From assembly GCA_001949185.1 (NCBI GenBank), contig BDGG01000016.1:961432-1025431 (forward strand): a DNA stretch of 64,000 nucleotides, read 5' to 3'. This stretch comes from Ramazzottius varieornatus. Its lineage: Eukaryota > Animalia > Tardigrada. The notes beneath the pieces are model-generated. The model was not told the origin of the DNA and searched no databases. It saw only the letters and a program-made list of their open reading frames with translations. The position numbers and the translations under genes are program-made. Below are positions 25,167 through 35,798 of this stretch, one piece after another (within the stretch, counting starts at the first letter, position 1; the number at the start of each line of letters is the position of its first letter).

Positions 25167-27685
25167 ATGGCAACCAAGCATGCTGACAATGACAGCAAGA
25201 CGTCCGACAAGTCGAAGCAGGGTGGCCAAGGAGGAGAGCAAGCTGCCAGTGGATCATCTCACGGCAAGTCGGGCTCAGCTGCGCAAAAGAAGGGCCAGTC
25301 CAACTCGGATAAGCCTGGTTCCAGCATCATCGATTTGGTAGTTGAAGACCATGTAAAGGTCAAGGAGCTGTTTAAGCAGCTACAGACGTTGAGCGACGAA
25401 GATGGCGAGTCAGTCTACCAACAGCTGTGCTGGGATGTCAGCCTCCACGCCGTCACCGAGGAGCTGGTAAGTAAAAGCCGCCATTTTACTTCATTCATGC
25501 TTGGATGAAGTACAAGGTCTGTCGTGTTGCAGGTTATGTATCCTCTGCAAGAGAAGCTAGGAGAGGAGGGAAAGATGATGGCCCAGGAGTCTAGAATGGA
25601 CCATGAGAAGACCAAAGGCATCTTGCGCGAGTTGGACGGCAAGAAGTTGGCGCATCACGGTGTGCGCGAGATGCTTGGTTCTGCCATCGGTGCTCTCGTC
25701 GAGCATATCAACAAGGAGGAGGAGAATGACTTGGTAAGTCATCTTTAGGAATACGTCTTTGCTTTTTGGGTTCCCCCAGAAGAGTAGAAAATCGAACGGA
25801 AATATGTTTTCTGGCAGCAATGAAAATTTTGACATGGTCGGTAGTGAGTTGGGCACAGCCCTGAGTGGATCCAAGTGGGTCAAGCACAGAAAATTGTTGA
25901 GTTGTCTGACGGCGTCGGCACCGCCTCGATCCTGCATTTACTGTACAACCAAGGGCCGTGCCATCGCTCTGTGTCTTTGTTAGTGGTTCGATACTGATTA
26001 GACTTCGGACCTCAATTTTCATGCAACTGCATTCGTTGCATTGCGCAAAGTTGACGTTGTTCAGCTTCGATATTTATATCATAGCTTGTCTGTTGTTTCA
26101 GGTATACCTGCGAGAAAAGCTGTCTGAGCAGGAATTAATGAACGCCGGCCGCGACTATCAACACTGTAAGACAGGAAAGCTGTCTTACTTTACAGTTCAC
26201 TTACTGGTCTTGTCACAGGCAAGTCGATCATTCCCGACATTGCTCCGTCCAACCAGGTCGGGTCGGAACAGCAGGAGGACATGAGCGAGGAAGACAGCCA
26301 CTTCAAGACTCCCATGGAACTTCTCTTGAGCGGTAAGGAAAAGATCCAGAAGATTCTCGGCCTGGACAGCGGCGCTCAAGGCAACAACAGCAGCGGAGGT
26401 GACAAGCAAGGTTCGAAGGATGAGAAGGATGGAAACAAGTCGTCTTCCGGCGGTCAAGGAGGAAAATCCAGCGGCCAGCAAGGCTCGACGCAGAGCGAAG
26501 GAGACAGCAAGTCTCATGGTGGCCAAGGAGGAAAATCCAGCGGCCAGCAAGGCTCGAAGAGCCAGAGCGAAGGAGACAGCACGCCTCGTGGTGGCCAGGG
26601 ACATGGTGGCCAGGGACATGGTGGCCAAGGAGGAAAATCCAGCGGTCAGCAAGGCTCGAAGACCCAGAGCGAAGGGGACGGCAAATCTCATGGTGGCCAA
26701 GGAGGAAAGTCCGGCAGCAGCACTGGCCAACATGGCGGAAAGTCCGGCGAGAGCGACAGCAAGTCCTCGACAGGTAAGAGGTCGAAGATGCTTTAGACTT
26801 TGAGCTTACAGAACAGATGAAGGTGGGCAGATAAGTTCGGCGAGATTGTTCACCCAGAAGGCGCACTTTTTGAGTGTTGTAGACTGGAAGTGTGCGCCAC
26901 TACGAAAAACGACCGATGTTGAGTTTTGAAGTGGCGCGCATTCTCGTATTACTGGCTGGAAGCGTGCGCCACTTGGAAGGAGATGTCGAGTTTGTTTGCC
27001 TAGCTTTCAAGCTACGCGGCAAAGTTTGAAAATCCGCGGCATGTTTCGATGAAGATCTGCTTTAGTGACGTTTTTTATGCAGGTAAGGACCAAGAAGGCC
27101 AGGAAGAACACGTTTACGACCTGCGTGAGCGTGACGAGAGCGGCCACGTTGTGCATGTGGACGAACATGCTCATAAAGACCAAGCCGGCCAGAACGACCA
27201 AGGTAAGCACGGTGGCTCCCAGCATGATGGCCGCAAGAGCCGAAATGGCGACGAAGACGTCGAGATGGCCAGTCAAGGCAACAAGAAGGGTGGAAAGGAA
27301 GCTGGCGACCAGGACAAGAACGGGGGCGACCACGGCAGTGCCAAGAATGGCCAGGGCAAGCGAGAGCACGAGGAAGGTGGCGAACAGGCCAGCAAGAAGA
27401 AGGCTACTGATTCGCGGTAAGAAACTTACTAATGAGGAAAGAATCAATAGGGAGTTTTGCAGACGAACTCAGGAAGATGGTTTTGAACTGGCGCATACTT
27501 CCGGCCAATAATACCGAGAGCATGCGCCACGTGGGAAAACAGTTTTGTCGAGTTTGTTTATCGATGTCGGTTCTGAACTTCTGATTGCATTTTTCTCGAC
27601 GATTCGAAGAAGTGTTTGACGAAACTTGTTTGTTCATCGCAGTGGTGGACAGGACAAGATGGAAGTGGATTCCGGAAGCCATTAA
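25167..27685 (+). CDS. Hemerythrin-like (HHE cation-binding) domain protein with G/S/Q/K-rich hydrophilic extensions; exons 25167-25466, 25533-25733, 26102-26165, 26219-26773, 27083-27416, 27643-27685
   Basis: IIDLVVEDHVKVKELF...LCWDVSLHAVTEEL|VMYPLQEKLGEEGKMMAQESRMDHEKTK...LVEHINKEEENDL|VYLREKL; all five introns are GT-AG and phase-compatible. Confidence 0.88.
26445..26760 (+). repeat. Coding tandem repeat of ~22 aa, GGQGGKSSGQQGS(K/T)xQSEGDSKSH x3-4, with GGQGH sub-repeats
   Basis: Near-identical GGTGGCCAAGGAGGAAAATCCAGCGG units. Confidence 0.9.
26832..27005. mobile_element. Palindromic element, 2-hairpin array, hemerythrin gene intron
   Basis: Two cores. Confidence 0.8.
27451..27570. mobile_element. 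Palindromic element, last hemerythrin gene intron
   Basis: TGGCGCAT..GCCAATAATAC..ATGCGCCA. Confidence 0.8.
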
Positions 27686-28395
27686 AGAACCCTTGGGAGG
27701 AAGTTCGACGGTTTAATAGTTTTTCCTTCGTCCAGATAATCCTCTAAGATCTTCTGATGAAATTCCATGTTGCATATTACAAAGCCTAGCACCGAAGTTT
27801 TTTATTTGAATCTTTATCATCCGGAGTTAACTTTCACGAGGAAAGGTTGCTTCATCCCTGATAGCATTTTTTGTAGGGACCCTGTTTTGGGGGTGTAATC
27901 TCTTCTCTCTAATTTTCCATTCGCTCTTTTCGTGAGCTAGTATTTCATGTGTTATCCCCAGTAAAGCCTCTGTCAAATCGCAGCGTCGCTTGAAAATCGC
28001 GTACTTGGGAATGACGAGCAGTTTTCTGAAGTTTTTAATTCAGTTTCAGTTCCGATATTTGTGTGAGACTATCAGTTTCCAGGAAGGACCGAACTGTGGG
28101 AGGGGGATTCGGAAAGATAAATTCGGTTCATCGAGATGGTTCCCGCAAAATGGTAAAGGGTTCGAAGGTCGAGAGCTCAGTTTACTTCGGTTACGATTGA
28201 AGGTGTGTGTCGGACAATGATAAATGATAAGATAGGTACAGATTTCGTCAAAGTGGCTGGAAGAGCTGATATTGCGAGGACAAATTTTAAACTGCCTTCA
28301 AAAAGTGTGTAACTCTATTGTTATCAGACGCACATCAGCGGCTGGAAGGTATAAGTTTCGGTAGAGTTCTCATTACGGCCACCTGGCTCGAGGCG

Positions 28396-31300
28396 ATGCC
28401 GGAAGAAACCAGTTTCCTCATGGAACCGCTGAACGTTACTGAAGACAAAAAGTCCATCAACTTGGTGAGTACGGGAAATATCGTTCGTCATATTCGACAT
28501 ACTGGTTTTGATCAGTCTTTTTACCGCAGAAAATTACTGATGACCATCATCGATACTCTAAAGTGTCGAACAAGCTAAACGATTCGGAACCTCAAGAAGA
28601 TGATGCTTCCGAAACTTCAACCGATGAACTGAACGTACCAGCCGTACTTCCGAACTTGGAGAAACCTGCCAAGATTTTGCTGCTGTATAATATTCAGGAT
28701 AAACCGCCATGGCATTTGTCCATACTCCTTGGACTTCAGGTAAGAGGCCGGCAAACGAAACGCCCAAGATCGCCATGTCAAGCAGCGCAGGCTTCCAGCC
28801 ATTAAGAGTGATAATGTGCGCCGCTTGAGATGGCGATCTTTGTATTTCGTGTGCCGGCCTCCCAGGTATACTCTGTCCTTGAAGTTTTCGATGGGACGAA
28901 CAGGGTTAATGAAAGCTTTTTGTAGCACTTTCTACTATTCTTCGGTGGAATCGTCAGTTTACCTCTACTCTTGCAAAAGCCGCTATGTATCTCGCCAAAG
29001 GATCCAGGCACGCCCTTCATTATCTCCACGATGTTCTTTGTCTCTGGTTTCAACACGTTGTTACAAACAACGTTTGGTGTAAGGTAGTTAGTATGGAGCC
29101 GTCTCTCTCGTCGCCGGTTCTTACGAAACGTTTATAATTATTTGTCATTGCTTTATCGTGTTCCAGATTGCCGATAGTCCAGGGAGGAACGTTCGCCTTT
29201 TTGGGTAACTCTGACTTCAGGATCCACGTCCCACATACTTACATTATACCCTATTCCCGTCAATGGTTCTTTCAGGTCCTTCGCTGTCGATTTTGGCGCT
29301 GCCGCAATGGCAATGCCCTAACCAAACCACCATCGGTAACAATTCAGCCAATAGTTGAGAACTCGGCGAACAAAATCGACCAGATCGTTTTCCCAAGTGG
29401 CGCACGTTGTAAGTGTTATTGGTCCTGAGAGCGCGCGCCACTTGAAAAAACGATCTTTGCGAATTGATTCTGCCGACGTCTTAAATTTGCCGACTGTATC
29501 TGTATGGTGACGGGTGTCATATTTTCGGCTTTGCAGAGGGTATGAGTTACGATGATCGGCAGGAACTCTGGCAGAGCCGAATGCGCGAGGTACGAACATA
29601 CTGCAGTCGAGAACCATACACATGGAGCACCGATTTCGTTCAGGTATCTGCTGTTTTGCAGCTCCAAGGATCCATCATCATTGCGTCTATCTTTGAAGTA
29701 TTTATCGGCTTCACGGGAATCATTGGACTCCTGATGCGCTTCATCGGTCCACTGACAATTGTCCCTACGATCTGCCTTACGGGACTATCTCTTTTCGGCG
29801 TGGCTAGTTTCTGGGCGAGCAAACATTGGGGCATCGCCGTATTGTATGAAGTTTGTTTGAGATGTTTTACGTTACCATTAACTTAAGCTTGAAATTGGTT
29901 TGGTTTTTGTTGCTGCAGAGTTATCGTTCTCGTCATATTTTTCTCTCAATACGCGCCCAACTTCCGCTATCCATGCTTGAGCCCAGTTTGGCGTCGCCGC
30001 ATCGCTTCCACATTTCAAATGTTCCCCGTTCTGCTGTCAGTCTCGATCTCTTGGCTGTTCTGCTGGGTTCTCACGGCTACGGACACGCTGACGTCCAACC
30101 CGGAAGGATATGGTTACACGGCTCGGACAGACACCAAACTGGACCTGCTAAGCCAGACACCTTGGCTCCGCTTTCCATATCCATTCCAGTGGGGAGCTCC
30201 AACCTTTAGCTTCGCTTGGATCGGCCTCCTTTCGGCCGTCGTGGCGGGCATCATCGAGAGCATCGGAGACTACCATGCTTGTGCTCGACTAGCCGGTAAG
30301 TCCACCAACTATTCGCCCACGGTTCACTGTACAATTTAACGCTTTTTCCACAAAAAAACACGTCTTCCCAACAGATGCGCCACCTCCGCCTGTTCACGCC
30401 GTAAGTTAATCCACAGTGGCCAACTCGCTCACCCTCAGACTTTGGGAATCTGTTCCAGGGATATGCAAAGGGATATTTCATTGCAGGTAAACCGGGGGAT
30501 AGGCGTGGAAGGTATTGGCTGCATCATTGCTGGGATATTCGGGACAGGTTGGTTCTTCAACTCTTCTTGCAGTCGGGGGCCTCCCTGGCTTTACCAGAAG
30601 CAATGCCTTTCCTATCGAGCTTTTTTTCTTAGGGAATGGAACCACGTCCTATGCAGGTGGGCTCAAGTATTTTAGCCCTTTTCTCACGGTATAAAAATGA
30701 TATCTGTTTCTCATCACGCAGAAAACATAGCTGCGTTGGGACTTACGAAGGTGGGCGTGTAATGTTGTTCACAATGCTTTGCGGAGGGGCCTGAAAGTCT
30801 AGGGTGGAAGGTTCATGAGCAATGATTCAGGTTGGAATTTAGGTTGGAAGCCGACGGATAATTTTCTGCGCCTCCGTCACAATGCTACTGATTGGGGTGT
30901 TCTCCAAGTTTGGAGGACTAATGGCTATGATGCCTGATCCCATCGTGGGAGGTCTGTATTGTGGCATTTTCGGCATGATATCAGCAGGTACGAGCAGGAG
31001 TTTGAGACAAAGCGGCGCAGTAAACAGTGACATACCAACCAGTGTTGTCCGACTTTCGGTACACGTGCACTTCGGGTGGCGCCACTATCGCTTCATAGTT
31101 TATGTTGCAGTGGGGCTGTCACAACTGCAGTTTGTGGACCTCAACTCGTCTCGAAATCTCTTCGTCCTCGGCTTTGCCATCTTTATGGGCATTACGGTGC
31201 CTGAATGGGTCAAGTTGAACCGCGACGTGTTCAGCGACTTGACCGGTAAACTGCTTACTTCCGGTCTGTCTTATTACGTTTCATACACGGACGAGAACTC

Positions 31301-31658
31301 CCAACAGTTTACCATCCAGGTTTACCTCAGCTGGATCATACAATCGAAGTCCTGCTAAGCACCAACATGTTCGTCGGAGGATTTTTTGCTTGCATTCTCG
31401 ACAACACGATTCCAGGTACGCCATCCCCGTTACGATATGTCAGATTTTTATGAGCTTTTGTATGGGATTGTCGCTGTATATACAGGAACTCTGGAGGAGA
31501 GAGGAATTGTCTCCCACCGACATCTGACGTCTGCCCAGGAAGCTGCGAAGTCACGGAGCATCTACGATCTTCCTTTCGGCCTGACGCGCGTGCTCAACCG
31601 ACCTCAGTTTTCCCAGTGGTTACCATTCTTGCCGACGTACAACGATGCTATACAGTGA
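28396..31658 (+). CDS. SLC23 / NAT (NCS2) nucleobase-ascorbate transporter, many short exons
   Basis: [20 protein letters not shown]|[11 protein letters not shown]|[28 protein letters not shown] motif [38 protein letters not shown]|TLEERG. Confidence 0.95.
28746..28863. mobile_element. Palindromic element, SLC23 intron
   Basis: Degenerate core plus arms. Confidence 0.7.
29360..29480. mobile_element. Palindromic element, SLC23 intron
   Basis: Near-consensus copy. Confidence 0.85.
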
Positions 31659-31864
31659 GATGAGAATAGTACTCCGGTTGTTCTCTAATTTTTTCCGCAG
31701 CTGCTTTTTGAAAGAACATGAAAAATACTACTGTATCCTGGCTAGACGCTTGATAAGTTGAAAAGTGTCTCATAGATTTCATGAGGATGTAAAAACCACC
31801 AGGTGGCATGAGAATTCTACGTTGAAATGTCTACTGACAACCCAGTTTGATGTTACTCTCGGAC

Positions 31865-32103
31865 TGCAAGCCGGCGGATCATTTTCTGCCGTTGCGATCT
31901 GATGCTACTGATTGGGGCTTTCCGCCACAATGCTACCGACAGACCTGTTGACCATGCTGCCTGATCTCATCGTAGGTTTATAGTGCGGCTTTTTCGCATG
32001 ATTCCGGCAGGTACGTGCGACAAAACGGCACAAAGCAGCGCACTATGCATAGTATGTCACAGGGTTGTCGGACTTTCGGTACTTCGAGTGGCGGCTCTAT
32101 CGC
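31865..32103 (+). pseudogene. Decayed direct duplicate of the SLC23 exon and following intron at ~30845-31092
   Basis: Colinear matches: AAGCCG(A/G)CGGAT-ATTTTCTGC, ATGCTACTGATTGGGG, TGCCTGAT..CATCGT, GCAGGTACG, GTTGTC.GACTTTCGGTAC, CTTCG.GTGGCG...CTATCGCT. Confidence 0.8.
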
Positions 32104-32221
32104 TAGATGAGCTAGTTAACCGCGTGTAAGACGCCCTCTGTCGTTAGGTTTTGTCTGCTGGCAGTTGATTGTGAATCTGCGATTGATTTGGCCAGCGGAA
32201 ACATTCGCTGACGAAAAACTG

Positions 32222-35200
32222 ATGTTTTCATTTTCCAGGTTTTCAATTTGCAGTGATCCACTGCTGACGCCCAACAGCAGGGATATTGACCTGGGCTCCG
32301 ACTTGGAGGGTGAGATGGATAAGGCTGCGGTGCTCATAAGTTCTGAGGTGGACAAGCTTCAGCTGTACGGACGTGTGGAAGAATGCGACCAGGTAGACTC
32401 TAGTAGAGTGATTGAAGTTGAATGTGCCTTCTATCAATACTGGAGTTATATTATCCTTACTGGTTTTATTTTCGTTCCAGTGCGCGTTTGCTCTCTTGTC
32501 GGACATTACGGCAACGACCGGGACCAAACTATCCCTCAAGACAATTTACAGGACCTTCTTCGAAGTGCGTCGGCAGTCAGAGAGCGTTTGCAAGTAAGTT
32601 CGACGCACATATTGTCATACGCCATCCTTCCGGTTGCTCTGTTTGACGAAACAATGCGTTCTATTCACCGATGGAAAAATCTCTTGTTGTTTCATAGGTT
32701 CGATCATTATTTACGGGAAGGTTCTTCTTACACCCTGAACATTTCCGTAAACGAGGGGAACCGTATCGATTGCAAATGGTCCGTCCAGGAAGAATCCCCT
32801 GACGCAAACTTTCGTAAGCACACACCATTCTTATTGTGGATATATGTGTACTGTGATTACCGTCCATGTCCTTAATCCTTTGCATTCGTCTTCGTGAGCG
32901 TATCTGCCAGAATTATCTGCTCGTTCAAAGATAAGATTTGTGCTGGCTTAACTAATTGCACTGCGAACCTGTTGGCAAACTGTTAATGGGTTATTTCGTG
33001 TACATTGTAGCCCTGTATATTCTTGGAAGCATTCTCGTCACCATCATACTCGCATGGAGTATCGGAACATGGCTATGGGACAAACATCAGTCCAAGAACT
33101 TGAGAGATTGTCAGTTCGTCGTGCCATCGGTAATACATGAGATGACCATAGACCAAAACCGTCCCGAAGGATCGAACCGCTCAACATCACTGTTTCTCTT
33201 TCCAGCCGACTTCGTCGGGAGATACATCGGGGACCTCCACCGAGTCTTCCACACTGACCGCTCCACCCGTTCGCCGCCTTCGTTCACTGGACACGTTCCG
33301 CGGTAGCACACTCCTGTTGATGATCTTCGTCAACGCCGGCGCAGGTGGTTACTGGTTCCTCGAGCATATTCCATGGAATGGTGTGCTAATGGCCGACCTC
33401 CTCTTCCCATGGTTCATGTTCATCATGGGCGTTGCCATATGCATTGCCATGCGTTCGTCAACCCGCAAAGGTCTTCCAAAGCCACTTCTTATGAAACATA
33501 TCGTCCGAAGAACCTTCCTGTTGTTCTTCTTCGGCCTCGTCATCAATTCGATGGGCTACAGTACGTGCTTGATATTGTTGCTGAATACGACAAATGGGCA
33601 GAAAAATTCAGCGAGATCGTTCTTTTCAAGTGGCGCACATCTGTAGCCGAAAACACTGAGAACGTGCGCCACTTGGAAGCTGGACGAGATCGTTTTTCCC
33701 AAATGGCGCACACCTTCAGCCAATAACCTGGACAATATGCGCCGGTTGCAGAAACAATCTTGTCGAATATGTTTACCGAGCTCCCGTATCACTCAGCAGT
33801 ATGAATTTTGCTGCTCGTGTTCCAGAAAGTATGAACGAACTGCGTATCCCGAGTGTGTTGGGCCGGTTCAGTATCGCCTACTTCGTTGTGGCGACTTGCG
33901 AGCTCTTCCTGTCGGTTCCTTCCACACAAACTCAAGGCGTCTTTCCCAACTTGACATCCCGTTGGAGAGTGGTGTCGGACATACTCCCGTTCTGGTTAAT
34001 TTGGATCGTCGCATTGATGTTTCCGTTAGCGCATGTCTTGCTGTCGTTTTACTTGCCGGTTCCTGGTTGTCCCACGTAAGCACGCCTCGTTTTTCCAAGT
34101 GGCGCACGATTTCAGCCGAGAACAATGGAACCGTGCGCCAGTTGCGAGACGATGTTGCCGAGTTCGATTGCCGAGCTTCCATATTACTTTCTCGTGAACT
34201 CTTTACCTAATGAATGATTGTGATCTTGGGGTTCATCGTTTCTTCTAGAGGGTATGTGGGACCAGGAGGTATTCACATGAACGCTGCGTTCTTCAACTGT
34301 ACAGGAGGCGCAGCGGGGTACATCGACAGAGTGGTATTGGGTGAAAAACACATCTACCAGTTCCCGACTAGCAAAGAAGTTTACCACTCAGTCACAGCAT
34401 ACGACCCCGAAGGGATGCTGGGGTACTTGAACAGCGTCTTTATCGTCTTCCTTGGCCTTCAGGTAAATTCATCCGTGGATGCACGAGTTGAAACTTTTTG
34501 GCTGGAACCACGGAGTTCTTCATTTCGATAAACCGCGGTAAAGAAATCCTAATCTTCTAGCCAACTCTTGCAACTCCACTTTCGGCCTTGTTAGTTAAAT
34601 CCATATTCTAGTAAGACTATTTATATGCATGAAAATTACGACAGACGATCAGGCTACGAAGACGGAAAGATTTTCAATCACCATGGCTGGTCATTTTCTA
34701 CAAAATTTCTATATTTTAATCGTATGCTCCCTTGTTCAAAAAGTTTTGCTTTCGTTTGTCAACGAAGTGATCACTTCCGTCTTCGATGCAACTGATTCGG
34801 GATTTGTGTCGTTTAAGGCTGGGAGGATCTTGACAGTCTTTACCAGCGACAAAGCTCGACTGATCCGACTAACCATTTGGAGCGTCGTCCTCGGCCTGTT
34901 GGCCGGAGTTCTCTGTGGTTTCTCCAAGAACGACGGCTTCATCCCGGTCAACAAGAACCTCTGGTCCGTCTCTTTCGTCCTGACCAGCGCTTCCCTCGGT
35001 ATGGCCATCCTGGCTGTCCTGTATCTGGTCATCGACGTGTGGAAAGTATGGAGCGGAACACCCTTTCACTATCCCTCAGTCAACTCCATCGTAAGTGAAA
35101 CTTCATTATTCCTGTCCGAAGGCATTTCTCGAAATTTGATCGAGCGTGCAGAATTGACGAAGTCTGTCTTTCGTGCAGGTTTTATACGTGGGAAGCGAGC

Positions 35201-35340
35201 TGTTCGACGGCTTATTTCCCTTTTCCTGGCACATGCCCGATACGCATGCAGGTCAGCTTTTTATGGCCACATGGTCTACGGCGCTTTGGCTTCTAATTTC
35301 TGTGTGGATGTACTGGCGCAAAATTTCTATATCTTTGTAG
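32222..35340 (+). CDS. HGSNAT: Heparan-alpha-glucosaminide N-acetyltransferase (multi-exon; true start uncertain)
   Basis: EMDKAAVLIS, RRLRSLDTFRG..LMIFVN..YWFLEHIPWNG..ADLLFPWFMFIMG, NCTGGAAGYIDR, YDPEGMLG, IPVNKNLWSVSF, VNSI|VLYVGSE...WRKISISL*. Confidence 0.95.
33596..33785. mobile_element. Palindromic element, 2-hairpin array, HGSNAT intron
   Basis: Two cores; ends CCGAGCTCCC. Confidence 0.85.
34085..34180. mobile_element. Palindromic element, HGSNAT intron
   Basis: Core plus right arm. Confidence 0.8.
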
Positions 35341-35614
35341 ACTTTATAAGTTCTGAAAAGCAGCAAAGCGCCGTTTCCTCCTTAAAAACCTTTTCTGTGA
35401 TTTTACTTCCTGATTGGACGAAACTGATACTCTTTAGAATTTTCCTTGCTTACTTTCGCCAGCAGAACCATCCCAACTTTTTTCATCCAGTCCGAAACAT
35501 TCTGGGAAGGCATCTAACATATAGATTATACGGTCTTGTGCCTGCTGAAAGCCGATGGAAAATATTGTGAAGTTGGTTTTCCCTATAAAAACAAAGTGGA
35601 AGCTCCGCAAACAA

Positions 35615-35798
35615 ATGTCGGAAAAATTTTCTTTCCAAAGTGGCGCACGTTGTCAGCCAAGAACACCGAGTACGTGCGCCACTTGGGATCGAACTCTACA
35701 TGATCGTTTTCCGAGGTAGCGCACGCTTTAAGTCAGTCACACCGAAAATGTGCGTCACTTTGGAAAACAATCTTGCTGAGTTTGTTTTCCGAGCTCCC
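35615..35798. mobile_element. Palindromic element, 2-hairpin array downstream of HGSNAT
   Basis: Two cores; ends CCGAGCTCCC. Confidence 0.85.

Noticed and set aside
27418-27420. TAA as the end of the hemerythrin gene
   Set aside because: It lies within a CG|GTAAG donor; splicing to 27643 gives an in-frame GGQDKMEVDSGSH* exon of matching composition. Intron retention remains possible.
26197-27511. Long overlapping ORFs (26197-26733 -, 26303-26866 -, 26399-26803 +, 27007-27447 -, 27065-27511 +)
   Set aside because: These are shadow frames of the low-complexity repeat exons of the hemerythrin gene.
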